61,929 nucleotides of DNA from the NCBI GenBank assembly GCA_045106895.1, contig JBGCFM010000042.1, positions 1 to 61,929 of the forward strand, written 5' to 3'. The position numbers and the translations under genes were made by a program. This DNA comes from Polyangiales bacterium. GTDB taxonomy: Bacteria > Myxococcota_A > Polyangia > Polyangiales > Houyiibacteriaceae. Each line of letters begins with the position of its first letter. Positions within the stretch are counted from its first letter, which is position 1. Of this stretch, positions 9,417 to 18,991 are shown piece by piece. The notes under the pieces were generated by a model. The model worked only from the letters and a program-made list of their open reading frames with translations. It did not search any database and was not told the origin of the DNA.

Positions 9417-9974
9417 TTAGACGGCGAGAATGTCCTTTTCTTTGGCGGCGACGACAGCATCGATGGCGCTGTTGCCCGCCTGAACGATCTCCTCCATCTC
9501 CTTCTTTCCGCGGTCGACCTCGTCCTTGCCCGCTTCCTTGTCTTTCTCGAGAGCGTCGAGGAGGTCCTTGGCGTCGTGGCGTGCCTTACGAATGGAGACC
9601 TTGGCGTCCTCGCCCTTGGCGCGTGCGACCTTGGTCAGGTCCTTGCGGCGGTCTTCGGTGAGAGGCGGCAGCGGGATGCGGATGACCTCGCCGTCGTTGG
9701 AGGGGTTTAGTCCCAAGGGCGCGCTCATGATGGCCTTTTCCACATCGCCCATGACGGTGCGGTCGAAGACCTTCACAAGGAGCATTCGAGCTTCCGGCAC
9801 GGAAATGGACGCGACCTGCTTTAGCGGCGTCGGGGAGCCGTAGTAGTCGACACGCACAGAATCGAGGAGGTCTGGGTTCGCGCGACCGGTGCGAACTTTC
9901 GCTAGCTCTCGCCGAAGAGATTCGGTGGCTTTGCCGATGGAAGTCTGCAGATCATCAAGGATTTCTTTGATCAT
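9417..9974 (-). CDS. frr: Ribosome recycling factor
   Basis: RTGRANPDLLD, VDYYGSPTPL, PPLTEDRRKDL; 185 aa; downstream of pyrH. Confidence 0.97.
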   Translation of the reverse strand: MIKEILDDLQTSIGKATESLRRELAKVRTGRANPDLLDSVRVDYYGSPTPLKQVASISVPEARMLLVKVFDRTVMGDVEKAIMSAPLGLNPSNDGEVIRIPLPPLTEDRRKDLTKVARAKGEDAKVSIRKARHDAKDLLDALEKDKEAGKDEVDRGKKEMEEIVQAGNSAIDAVVAAKEKDILAV

Positions 9975-10015
9975 TCTAAGTTCTCCAGTTCTCGTCCAGG
10001 GTGCTCGGAACCCTA

Positions 10016-10744
10016 CTATTGCCCGTCTTCTGTGACCAGCGTGCCGACGTCTTCGCCGGAAACAACGCGCATGATGTTCCCACGCTCGTGGAGCGCGAAG
10101 ACACGAATGGGTAGACCGTTGTCGCGACAGAGCGTGACCGCGGTGCTGTCCATGACTCCGACGCGGTCGGCGAGGAACGTGTCGTAGCTTAGACGGCGGT
10201 ACATTGTCGCATCCTCATGCTTGACGGGGTCCTTGTCGTAGATGCCGCTGACCTTCGTCGCTTTGCAGAGCGCTCCTGCGCCGATCTCCATCGCGCGAAG
10301 CGCCGCGGCGGTATCCGTGGAGAAGTAAGGGTTGCCTGTACCCGCAACGAAAATGACGATGCGACCCTTCTCAAGGTGACGCACGGCCCGTCGGCGAATG
10401 TAGGGCTCCGCAACTTGGCGAATCTCCAGAGCGCTGAGCAGACGGGTCTGCACGTTCATGTTCTCGAGGCCATCCTGAAGCGCAATACCGTTGATGACCG
10501 TGGCGAGCATTCCCATGTGGTCGGCGGAAGCGCGCTCCATACCTTGGGCGTTTCCTTTGAGGCCGCGGAAGATATTGCCACCGCCGATGACGATGCCGAT
10601 CTCGGTTCCAAGCGCATGCACCTCAGCGATCTCCTCACAGATCGCCGTCATGGTGGCCGGGTCGACGCCGAAGCCGCCGGCCTTCCCACAGAGTGCTTCG
10701 CCCGAAAGTTTGAGTAGTACTCGCTTGATCGCCTGGTCCGCCAT
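10016..10744 (-). CDS. pyrH: UMP kinase
   Basis: [47 protein letters not shown]. Confidence 0.97.
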   Translation of the reverse strand: MADQAIKRVLLKLSGEALCGKAGGFGVDPATMTAICEEIAEVHALGTEIGIVIGGGNIFRGLKGNAQGMERASADHMGMLATVINGIALQDGLENMNVQTRLLSALEIRQVAEPYIRRRAVRHLEKGRIVIFVAGTGNPYFSTDTAAALRAMEIGAGALCKATKVSGIYDKDPVKHEDATMYRRLSYDTFLADRVGVMDSTAVTLCRDNGLPIRVFALHERGNIMRVVSGEDVGTLVTEDGQ

Positions 10745-10905
10745 GCGCGCTTCATAGCAGCTTTTTGCGTCGTGCCGGGGGCTTTCGCGCGCAGCGTCAA
10801 AGGAGATGCGGCCACGCGTGGGTTTGCTGCGGAAAAGCGCAGCCCACGGGCGCGTGCGCTCCCCTGCGGGATGAACGCAGAAAAGCGAGCGCTGAAGACC
10901 TCTTC

Positions 10906-11682
10906 CTAAGTCTGCGAGTAAGGGATCGCGTCGAGGATATGTTCGATCGCCGCTAAGCGAGCCACGGCCTTGTCATTCGCATCAAGGATCGTCCAGTTCG
11001 CCTTCTCACGATCCGTCGCCTCAAACATGCGCTTCTTGTACTTGGTGTAGTCGCTCCACAGTTCCTGGGCGCGGGCGTCCACCGGCGTGAGCTTCCATCG
11101 TTTACGAGGGTCGCTCCGAATCTCGTCAAAACGACGAGCCTGTTCCCTCTTCGTAATGGAGAAGTAGAACTTGATGAGGCGTATGCCCGACTCCACGATC
11201 ATGCGCTCGAAGTCGTTCACCTGGTTCATGAAGATGTTGTACTCCGACTCCGTGCAGAACCCGTTGACCGGTTCGACAACGGCGCGGTTGTACCAACTGC
11301 GGTCGAAGAAAACGATTTCGCCGGGTCGCGGCAAGCGCTCGACATAGCGCTGAAAATACCACTGCCGCGACTCGTCCGATGTGGGCTTGTCGAGAGCAAC
11401 GACGCGAAACTGACGTGGGTTCATGTGAGCGGTGATGCGGCGGATCGCTCCGCCCTTGCCTGCGGCGTCGCGCCCCTCAAAGAGAATGACGACACGCTCT
11501 TCGTTTGCCACCACCCACGACTGGAGCTTGATGAGTTCTGCCTGTCGCTCGCGAAGGAGCAGCTCGTTGTTGGTGAGCCGCAGAACCGATTTGAGGTTCA
11601 CCTTCTGCTTCGCAAAGAGAAGCTTGAGGCCAAGGGGGGAGTTGAGGAGTTCGACATCGTTGTCGCTAAGTGTCTCAGACAT
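10906..11682 (-). CDS. ppk2: Polyphosphate kinase 2 (second copy)
   Basis: [11 protein letters not shown]alker [28 protein letters not shown]. Confidence 0.93.
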   Translation of the reverse strand: MSETLSDNDVELLNSPLGLKLLFAKQKVNLKSVLRLTNNELLLRERQAELIKLQSWVVANEERVVILFEGRDAAGKGGAIRRITAHMNPRQFRVVALDKPTSDESRQWYFQRYVERLPRPGEIVFFDRSWYNRAVVEPVNGFCTESEYNIFMNQVNDFERMIVESGIRLIKFYFSITKREQARRFDEIRSDPRKRWKLTPVDARAQELWSDYTKYKKRMFEATDREKANWTILDANDKAVARLAAIEHILDAIPYSQT

Positions 11683-12520
11683 CGATCTGCCTTACCTGCC
11701 GGTGGTAGCGCCGGATAATGTTTGGGTCAGGGAGAACGCTCGTCTCGGCGTCCTCTTTGCCGGGGTAGTCGAAACGCGACAGCACGTAGCGAACGCTCTC
11801 GAGGCGAGCCTTCTTCTTGTTGTTGCCACGAACGATGATCCAGGGACTGAAGCTCGTGTGCGTCAGCGAGAACATCTGCTCTTTGTACTTTGTGTAGTCC
11901 TCCCAGAGCTCTTGCCCACGTTCGTCGACTGCGCTGTATTTCCATCGCTTCAAAGGGCTCTCGAGGCGCGCCGCGAAGCGTTTCTTTTGCTCCTTCTGGG
12001 CGATGGAGAACCAAAACTTCGTCAGGTGAATTCCGTCTTCGTGGAGCATGTGCTCGAACTCGGGAACTTGGACCATGAACTGGCGATATTGGTTCTCAGT
12101 GCAGAAACCCATGACAGGTTCGACGACTGCGCGGTTGTACCAGCTGCGATCAAAGAACACGATTTCGCCAGGGTTCGGCAGCTCCTTGATGTAGCGGCGA
12201 AAATACCACTGGCCACGCTCCACATCCGTCGGCTTCGCGAGGGCGACGACGCGCGCGGCGCGCGGATTCAGATGCTCCATGAATCGGCGGATGGCGCCGC
12301 CTTTTCCTGCTGCGTCACGCCCCTCGAAGATGATCGCGACGCGTAACTTCTTCTCGATGACATGTTGCTGGAAGTTCACCAGCTGCGCTTGGAGGTGGCG
12401 AATCTGCTCCTCATACTGGACCCGAAAGATGTGTTTGCGCGTGGGAATTCCCGCCGCCTTTGCGGCACGCAACGCATCCTTTCGTGTCCTCAACCCCTCG
12501 AGTTCACTTCGACTCAGCAT
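11675..12520 (-). CDS. ppk2: Polyphosphate kinase 2 (first copy)
   Basis: [50 protein letters not shown] before ATG 12520; 8-nt overlap with the next ppk2. Confidence 0.93.
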   Translation of the reverse strand: MLSRSELEGLRTRKDALRAAKAAGIPTRKHIFRVQYEEQIRHLQAQLVNFQQHVIEKKLRVAIIFEGRDAAGKGGAIRRFMEHLNPRAARVVALAKPTDVERGQWYFRRYIKELPNPGEIVFFDRSWYNRAVVEPVMGFCTENQYRQFMVQVPEFEHMLHEDGIHLTKFWFSIAQKEQKKRFAARLESPLKRWKYSAVDERGQELWEDYTKYKEQMFSLTHTSFSPWIIVRGNNKKKARLESVRYVLSRFDYPGKEDAETSVLPDPNIIRRYHRQVRQIDV

Positions 12521-12693
12521 CCGTTTCTCCTCTTTCGAAGACGATGATGCGCGCTCGCCGAAGACCCATGCGAGGGAATTCTGTGTCGGCGCAAACTTTG
12601 CGCGGCAACGCAAAACAGCCAAGAGCAAGTGCTCTTGGCTGTCGTACTTTTTGCCCACCTCAGTGGGACGGCGCCGATTTTTCGTTCAGCGAT

Positions 12694-13371
12694 TTAGGCC
12701 GAGGCGATGGTCGCCGCGACCTCAGCCGCGAAGTCTTCCGTCTTCTTGGCGATGCCTTCACCGAGCTCGTAACGAGCGAAGCGGCGAATGTTGAGCTTCT
12801 CACCGATCTTGGCGCTGAGTGCGTCGAGGGTCTGGGCGATGGTCTTCTTGTCGTCGCTCATGATGAAGATTTGGTCGACGAGGCAGACGCTCTTCTTCCA
12901 CTTGGCGAGCTTGCCTTCGATGATCTTCTCGATGGCAGCGGCAGGCTTCTCTTTGCCTGTCTCTTTCGCTTCTTCAGCGAGCTGGCCCTTGAAGATATCG
13001 ATCTGGCTAGCGATGAGGTCGGCTGAAAGCTCCTCGTCACGAACCACTTCAGGCTTCTCCGAAGCGATGTGCATGGAGAGCTCTTCGACGAACTGCTTGA
13101 AGTCTTCGTTGCGCGCAACGAAGTCCGTCTGGCAGTTCACCTCGACGAGAACGCCGACCTTGGCACCCGCGTGAATGTAGGAGTGGACGAGGCCTTCAGC
13201 GGCAATCGCGCCGGCCTTCTTCGCGACCTTGGCGAGACCCTTTTTCTGGATCAGCGCAACGGCCTTCTCTTCGTCGCCGCCGGCTTCGATGAGGGTGTTC
13301 TTGCAGTCCATCATGCCAGCGCCGGTGCGCTGACGAAGGGACTTCACTTGCATAGGAGTTACTGTGCTCAT
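12694..13371 (-). CDS. tsf: Elongation factor Ts (short type)
   Basis: LRQRTGAGMMDCK, EVNCQTDFVARN, RRFARYELGEG. Confidence 0.96.
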   Translation of the reverse strand: MSTVTPMQVKSLRQRTGAGMMDCKNTLIEAGGDEEKAVALIQKKGLAKVAKKAGAIAAEGLVHSYIHAGAKVGVLVEVNCQTDFVARNEDFKQFVEELSMHIASEKPEVVRDEELSADLIASQIDIFKGQLAEEAKETGKEKPAAAIEKIIEGKLAKWKKSVCLVDQIFIMSDDKKTIAQTLDALSAKIGEKLNIRRFARYELGEGIAKKTEDFAAEVAATIASA

Positions 13372-13410
13372 TTTCTTATCTCGATTTCGAAGTTCGCTGG
13401 ATAGTAGGCG

Positions 13411-14259
13411 CTAGTTGGAGCGAGGAGCTCGCTTGCGCTGGAAGTCGACCTTGACCTCTGGACCCGAAGCTGCGGCGCCGGCTCCGCCGCCCGATGCCTG
13501 CTCACGAGCGTAGTCGCGTCGACGGCTTGCGCCTTCGATGCACGCATCGGCGATTCGGCTGGTGACGAGCTTGATGGAGCGGATGGCGTCATCGTTGCCA
13601 GGAATGATGAAGTCGACGAGCTCCGGATCGCAGTTCGTGTCCGTGAGGGCGACGATTGGGATGTGAAGCTTGCGGCCTTCCTTGACGGCGATGTGCTCGT
13701 GGTTCGGGTCCACGACGAAGATGACTGATGGATGCGCGTTCATGTGCTTGATGCCGCCGAGGAACTTGTCCAAGCGCTCGTGCTCACGCGTGTGGCGAAG
13801 AGCTTCCTTCTTGGACATCTGGTCGAGGTGACCATCGTCTCGAAGGCGCTCGATCTCGCGAAGGCGGTCGATGCCGTTCTTGATCGTCTTGAAGTTGGTG
13901 AGCGTTCCACCGAGCCAACGACCCGTGATGTAGAACTGGCCCACGCGCTGTGCTTCTTCAGCGATGATGTCGGCGGCCTGGCGCTTCGTTCCCACGAAGA
14001 GAACGTGCCCACCGCGGGCGACGGCGTCGCTCACGAAGTGGAACGCGCTCTTGAAGAGCTGCGCCGTCTGGTCGAGGTCGACGATGTGGATGCCGTTGCG
14101 GGCGCCGTAGATGTACGGGCGCATGCGCGGGTTCCAGCGCTTGGTCTGGTGGCCGAAGTGAACGCCGGCTTCGATGAGTGCGCGAAGTCCGATGGGAAGG
14201 TCGCCGCTGGCAACGTCGGAGCTCGTAAGGGTGGCCTGAGTGGCCTCTGCTTCTGTCAT
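13411..14259 (-). CDS. rpsB: 30S ribosomal protein S2
   Basis: [47 protein letters not shown] before ATG 14259. Confidence 0.97.
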   Translation of the reverse strand: MTEAEATQATLTSSDVASGDLPIGLRALIEAGVHFGHQTKRWNPRMRPYIYGARNGIHIVDLDQTAQLFKSAFHFVSDAVARGGHVLFVGTKRQAADIIAEEAQRVGQFYITGRWLGGTLTNFKTIKNGIDRLREIERLRDDGHLDQMSKKEALRHTREHERLDKFLGGIKHMNAHPSVIFVVDPNHEHIAVKEGRKLHIPIVALTDTNCDPELVDFIIPGNDDAIRSIKLVTSRIADACIEGASRRRDYAREQASGGGAGAAASGPEVKVDFQRKRAPRSN

Positions 14260-14436
14260 GTGTGTCTCCACTTGGTTAAGATCCACCCCTTCGTGACCTG
14301 CGACCCTCAAACAAAAGAAGGCACCGAGCAGTTCACTGTTCCCAAGAGAACGGTAAGGGGCTTGTAATTTCGGGAACTTAGAGTCCCCGCCGGCGAAACC
14401 GGAGCCGGTCTATAGCACTGGCTACGGGGAGTGCAA
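14260..14436 (-). promoter_or_regulatory. rpsB promoter and structured 5' leader (candidate S2 autoregulatory leader)
   Basis: Minus-strand TTGCAC-16 nt-TATAGA with a TG extended -10; leader of about 140 nt with hairpins CCGG-TTTCG-CCGG and GGGAC-TCTAA-GTTCC. Confidence 0.5.
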
Positions 14437-14823
14437 AGCAGCCTTGGCAGGCCGCAAAAGGGTCAAAAACACTTCATTTCGTCGCTTTTCGAATCCAATT
14501 GGGGCTCTTGCGCGGTGAGCGGCAACACAAGACCCGCGGCGACTGCGGCGAGGGGGCAGCATTCGAGGGGTTTCGGAGACCGGTCCAGGTCCACTCATGC
14601 GCGGCAGAGATCCCCGAATGTCGTTTTAATTCCTGAGGACACACGCAACAAATGCGTCGATGGGCACGAACGCAGGGAGATCACGGCGCAGCTTTTGCGC
14701 CATGTCGGAGGGGTGAAACATTGCTCACAGCCTGCTCTTCGCGTGCGTTGTCTCGGCATGCCCGCGCCTTAGTTTCGGACCGGCGGCAGTGGCGTCGCCC
14801 CCGAAATACTGGAGCAATAAAAG

Positions 14824-15225
14824 ATGAGTCTTCCCAAACACACGGTCCAAGATTTCTACACCGAGAGCCCGAGCGTCGTCGACGGTGACGACAGCGTGGA
14901 CCGCGCGCAGGAACTGATGTCCTCCAAAGGCATTCGACATCTCCCGGTCACGTCCGATGGAAAGCTCGTCGGCGTGTTGAGCGACCGTGACATCAAGACG
15001 GCGATGGCGTTCAAAGGCGCGAACTCAAAACGCCTTCGCTGTGGCGACCTCTGCACGGAGAGCGTCTACGTCACCCACCGTGATAGCCCCTTGGCCGCCG
15101 TCGCAGGTGAGCTAGCGTCCAAACACTACGGTTCCGCCGTCGTGACGGAGAACGATGAGGTCGTCGGTATCTTCACGACCACCGACGCCTGCCGTGCCCT
15201 TGCGTCCGTGCTCACTCAGGGCTGA
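14824..15225 (+). CDS. CBS-domain pair protein
   Basis: GIRHLPVT..GKLVGVLSDRD and SAVVT..EVVGIFTTTD. Confidence 0.9.
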   Translation: MSLPKHTVQDFYTESPSVVDGDDSVDRAQELMSSKGIRHLPVTSDGKLVGVLSDRDIKTAMAFKGANSKRLRCGDLCTESVYVTHRDSPLAAVAGELASKHYGSAVVTENDEVVGIFTTTDACRALASVLTQG

Positions 15226-15297
15226 CGCGCGCAACGACAGCGCCTCCGCTGAAGAGGGTGCCGTGCGTAGTTATGAGATGCGCTCTAGGCTCCACAT

Positions 15298-16344
15298 ATG
15301 GAGCGTCTCCTCATCTTTGCAGCGTGTGCCCTGTGCCTTTGGAGCTGCGAAGAGGCTGAGCTTCCGCAAGCCGAGAGCGTCCCGGCGGGGGTCCTCGACG
15401 TCGTCATCGACACAGACCTGACGAATGAGATCGATGACGAGTTCGCCCTCGCCTACGCGCTACTCTCGCCGGAGCGCCTCAACGTCCGAGCGATCCACGC
15501 TGCGCCTTACAGTCTCTCTCCGGGGCTTGTAGAAGCCGGGGCGCTCTCGGAGCTTGGCGTGCGTCTGCTGATTCTTCAGCTTGAAACGCTGGGTCTCGAC
15601 TTGAGCGTGACGCCGATTCGTGAGCCTGGGCCCAGCATGGAGAGCGCCTTTGAGCGTGCGCAGGAGATCAACGCGCTGATGGAGACGAGCGTGGACGTTC
15701 GCCGTGGCTCCACTCGTTTCCTAGATGGTCAGCGTGTGCCCGTGGAGAGCGAGGCGGCACGCAACCTCATCGCCCTCGCGAGGCAGACGCGCGAGGGCAA
15801 GCTCTACGTGGTGTCCCAAGGCGCGCTAACGAACGTCGCGAGCGCGCTCCTGCTGGACCCTTCCATCGCCGAGCGCGTCGTCGTCGTGTGGACTTCCGCC
15901 TACCCGTCCTATTGGCCACGTCGAAACGCCAGCTTTAACCTGGTCCAAGACGTCGAGGCAGCGCGCGTTGTCTTTGAGAGCGGCGCGACGGTGGTCTACC
16001 TGCCTGGTTACTTCGTCGGCGAAAAGCTGCGCGTCACGCGGCCAGAGATGGTCGAATACGTGCAAGGGCGAGGCGCCGTCGGCGACTACCTCTTCGAGCT
16101 CTACGACGGGCACCCGCTCTTCGGGCACTACGCGCACTCGAAGGTGATCTGGGACATGGTGAGCGTAGCCTATCTGGTGGAGCCCGCGTGGTTCTTGGAC
16201 GAGTCGCGCGCGCCCCTCACCCTCGACGCCGACCTGCGCTGGGCCCCAGGTTCCGGCGCGAGCGTTCGCGAGGTCCTCGACGTGGATCGCGACCGAATCT
16301 TTCGCGACTTCTACGACAAGCTCGCGGCGCTAGGTACGCCTTAG
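15298..16344 (+). CDS. Nucleoside hydrolase (IU-NH family) with lipoprotein signal
   Basis: VVIDTDLTNEIDDEFAL Asp-rich motif, GALTNVASALLLDP, SFNL.QD..AAR.VF, KVIWD; N-terminal hydrophobic stretch and LWSC. Confidence 0.85.
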   Translation: MERLLIFAACALCLWSCEEAELPQAESVPAGVLDVVIDTDLTNEIDDEFALAYALLSPERLNVRAIHAAPYSLSPGLVEAGALSELGVRLLILQLETLGLDLSVTPIREPGPSMESAFERAQEINALMETSVDVRRGSTRFLDGQRVPVESEAARNLIALARQTREGKLYVVSQGALTNVASALLLDPSIAERVVVVWTSAYPSYWPRRNASFNLVQDVEAARVVFESGATVVYLPGYFVGEKLRVTRPEMVEYVQGRGAVGDYLFELYDGHPLFGHYAHSKVIWDMVSVAYLVEPAWFLDESRAPLTLDADLRWAPGSGASVREVLDVDRDRIFRDFYDKLAALGTP

Positions 16345-16353
16345 TGACTCCCG

Positions 16354-16668
16354 CTACGTTCGCTCGAGGAACACGAGGGCGTGAGCGTCGGCGCGCTCGA
16401 CCACTCGGAGATCCCAGTGGTAGTAGTCAAAGTCCCAGCGAGCGTGGAGGCCATGCAAGCTCTCCGCGGCGGCTTCCATGTCCACCGGATCTGGCTCCGA
16501 AAAGCGGATGGTCACTTTGGCCAAAACAGCGATGAAGAGCGCGGTGGCCTCGGTGATGGTCTGCCAAACCGCGGCCTCGTCGAGGGAAGACGGCGCCGCG
16601 ACGCATAGGCGATAACAGCCCGGCTGATCCGTGGCTAGCCGCGTCGGCAAGTCCGAAAGAAGTAACAC
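16354..16668 (-). CDS. Hypothetical protein
   Basis: Protein-like ORF co-oriented with the ankyrin gene; GTG at 16668 chosen as start, alternative 16734. Confidence 0.5.
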   Translation of the reverse strand: MLLLSDLPTRLATDQPGCYRLCVAAPSSLDEAAVWQTITEATALFIAVLAKVTIRFSEPDPVDMEAAAESLHGLHARWDFDYYHWDLRVVERADAHALVFLERT

Positions 16669-16691
16669 TTCACTCTTCGACTCACGTGCGC

Positions 16692-17009
16692 TCAGGTTAG
16701 GCCTTCGGTTTTGCCCGGATGGGATTCGAGCCAAGTGACAACGGCGGCTTGGCCGCGCTCTCGGGCGGCGTCGAGGGCCGTATGTTTCTCCCAGTGGGAG
16801 CGAACACTGAGATCCGCGCCACCTTCGACGAGAGCACGAACCGCTTCTAGGTGTCCGTTCTCGGCGGCGGCAATGAGGGGCGTCTGACCCATTTCCACGT
16901 GCTGCGCGTCGGGGTCCGTGCCGCAGCTAAGCCAGTAGAGAACCTCTTCTTTGTCGCCGGTCTTTGCTGCTTGATAGAGCGCCTTCCAGTTTCCGCCTCC
17001 GTGTGCCAT
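16692..17009 (-). CDS. Small ankyrin-repeat protein
   Basis: GQTPLIAAAENGHLEAVRALVEGGAD, TALDAARERG; AGGAG RBS. Confidence 0.88.
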   Translation of the reverse strand: MAHGGGNWKALYQAAKTGDKEEVLYWLSCGTDPDAQHVEMGQTPLIAAAENGHLEAVRALVEGGADLSVRSHWEKHTALDAARERGQAAVVTWLESHPGKTEGLT

Positions 17010-17032
17010 CTCGTTACTCCTTAGGTTCCAAA

Positions 17033-18865
17033 TCAGTGCGGCAGATTCTGCAGCTGCCGGGTGAGGTCTTGAAGCGCGCGGCTGGTGTCGGCGTTTCCGC
17101 CGCCGGCACCGGCGCCCAGGGCTTCGATGAGTGGAGCGATATTCTCAAGCCCCGAGGTCTGGCCCATCCAGTCGCCCATCATGCGTTCCATATTCGGCTC
17201 GCCGAGGTCTTCGTCGCCGTGGGACTCCTCGAGCCAGCGACGCGCCAGGCCACGCACCCGCTGAGCGCGGTTGCCCGTGGCCATGCGGTCGATAAGGGCG
17301 CGGGGCCCCGCCACGCGGAATCGGTGGTCTCCGACGTAGCCGCGGATCTGCCGAAAAAAGCGTCGCTCGCCGAGGGCCTCGCGGAGCGCGGGGTAGAGAT
17401 AGGGCCCCTTGCCGTAGACGAGGCCTGCGTAGGCTGTGCCGTTGGGAAACGCGCTCGTCGCCTGGTCGACGGCGCCGTCGTCGCCGCCCTGGAGGCGCAT
17501 CATGTGGTAGTTGCCGGCGACCTGACGGTTGGCTTCGCGCTCCGCGCGTTCGGCGCCGTAGCGATCCTCCATGTAGAGCATGGCGCTGTACTGGGCGAGG
17601 CTCTCGTCAACGAAGGGGTGGCGCTGGGCATCACTGCCCACGATTCCATGCCACCACTGGTGGGCGACCTCGTGAGCGACGACGAACTCGAGCATCGAGT
17701 CCTGCATCTGCGAAAGAGGGTTGCCGCCGCCGGCGCCGCCGAGGAGCGCACCGATCTGGCCCATCTGGCCCCCGAATGCGGACTGATAGAACATCGTCGC
17801 GACGGTCACGAGGGAGCTAAACTCGACGCCGCCGGCGCCGCCCACGAGGGGAGCTTCGACGACCTCGAAGTCTGTGTAGGGGTAGCGCCCGAAGCGCCGC
17901 TCAAAGATTCGAAGACTGTGCGCCGCAGCGTCGAGGGCCATCATGCCTTTGTCGCGGTCTTGAGGCAGGAACCACGAGCGCACTTCGACGGGGCCGACCT
18001 GTTCAGAGGCCACCTGCATGTCGTTGCCGACGACGATGGCAAAGTTTCGCGTCATGCTCGCGACGGCGACGGTTTCCTGGTAGCCGGCGCGGTCGCCTTG
18101 AGCGAGGTGGCTCTGGTCTTCGGTGATGTGCCCGGTGACGGCGACTTTCGAGCCACGGCGCGAGTGAATGCGCGCGCGAAAGTGCGAGATGGTGTCGGCG
18201 CCGAGGTCCCCGAGCGTCGCTTCCGAGCGCACCCAGTCGCCGTTGCGGAAAGGCGCGACCATCGCGTAGAAGTTACCCATCGAGGCGATGCCGCTTCCAT
18301 GGGCCAAGAGGCCGTAGTCGCCGTGTTCGCTCGAGCCGCTCCCGGCGAGGCCTTCCATGGCCTGGGCCATCATGTTGTTTCGGCTCGGGTCGATGTGCTG
18401 AAGGGTTCCGCGGAGCTGAAGCCGAACGTGCAGCTGTCCGTTCGGTGGGACAGGTGCGGCGGGTCGAACTTCGAAGACGCTTCGATTGTCCCAGCGCACC
18501 TGGCACGAGGTGCCGACGCATTCGCTGCCGGCGAGACTCACCTGGGCGCTTTCGCCGACGGCGTTCGCGTAGAGGCGTAGGACGAGGGAGGCCTGCGGCG
18601 CGCCGGTGTTGTTCGTGTAGTAGATATCCTCGACCATCTGAAACGTCGCTTGGTCGTCCGCGAGGGCGAGGTCGAGGTCGTAGAAGGGCAGCTGGTCGAG
18701 GCGCAGCGGCGCGACGGCCTCGGCGGCGGCGCGCCTGTCTTCGCGCCGGAGGTTGTCCGTCAGAGAGTCCGCGTCGTACCAAGCGGGCTCGGTCTCGGTG
18801 GCCTGGGCGCCGGCGTCATGGCAGGCGGCGACGCAAAGAAGACAAAACGAGAGAAGGACACGCAT
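17033..18865 (-). CDS. M1-family metallo-aminopeptidase, lipoprotein
   Basis: GGVEF (GAMEN equivalent), VAHEVAHQWW...DESLAQY, VYGKG; VAAC lipobox. Confidence 0.88.
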   Translation of the reverse strand: MRVLLSFCLLCVAACHDAGAQATETEPAWYDADSLTDNLRREDRRAAAEAVAPLRLDQLPFYDLDLALADDQATFQMVEDIYYTNNTGAPQASLVLRLYANAVGESAQVSLAGSECVGTSCQVRWDNRSVFEVRPAAPVPPNGQLHVRLQLRGTLQHIDPSRNNMMAQAMEGLAGSGSSEHGDYGLLAHGSGIASMGNFYAMVAPFRNGDWVRSEATLGDLGADTISHFRARIHSRRGSKVAVTGHITEDQSHLAQGDRAGYQETVAVASMTRNFAIVVGNDMQVASEQVGPVEVRSWFLPQDRDKGMMALDAAAHSLRIFERRFGRYPYTDFEVVEAPLVGGAGGVEFSSLVTVATMFYQSAFGGQMGQIGALLGGAGGGNPLSQMQDSMLEFVVAHEVAHQWWHGIVGSDAQRHPFVDESLAQYSAMLYMEDRYGAERAEREANRQVAGNYHMMRLQGGDDGAVDQATSAFPNGTAYAGLVYGKGPYLYPALREALGERRFFRQIRGYVGDHRFRVAGPRALIDRMATGNRAQRVRGLARRWLEESHGDEDLGEPNMERMMGDWMGQTSGLENIAPLIEALGAGAGGGNADTSRALQDLTRQLQNLPH

Positions 18866-18991
18866 GGCGGCAGGATAGCGCATCGCGAGGGACCGCAAAA
18901 TGGACTCATATTCTGCTCGCCGCGACAAACGCACGGATCCGGTCCGCGCTTGTGGCTAACGACCTCACTCCTCCGGCGTAGAGACGAGGTC

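Noticed and set aside
14437..14823. Short ORFs and possible ncRNA between rpsB and the CBS gene
   Set aside because: No convincing coding signal or recognisable RNA family motif was seen by eye.
16964..18580. 538-aa plus-strand ORF, and similar long antisense ORFs such as 2822..4294, 21445..22404 and 52213..53181
   Set aside because: Each lies opposite a well-supported gene; long antisense frames are expected from high-GC codon bias and these show no motifs.
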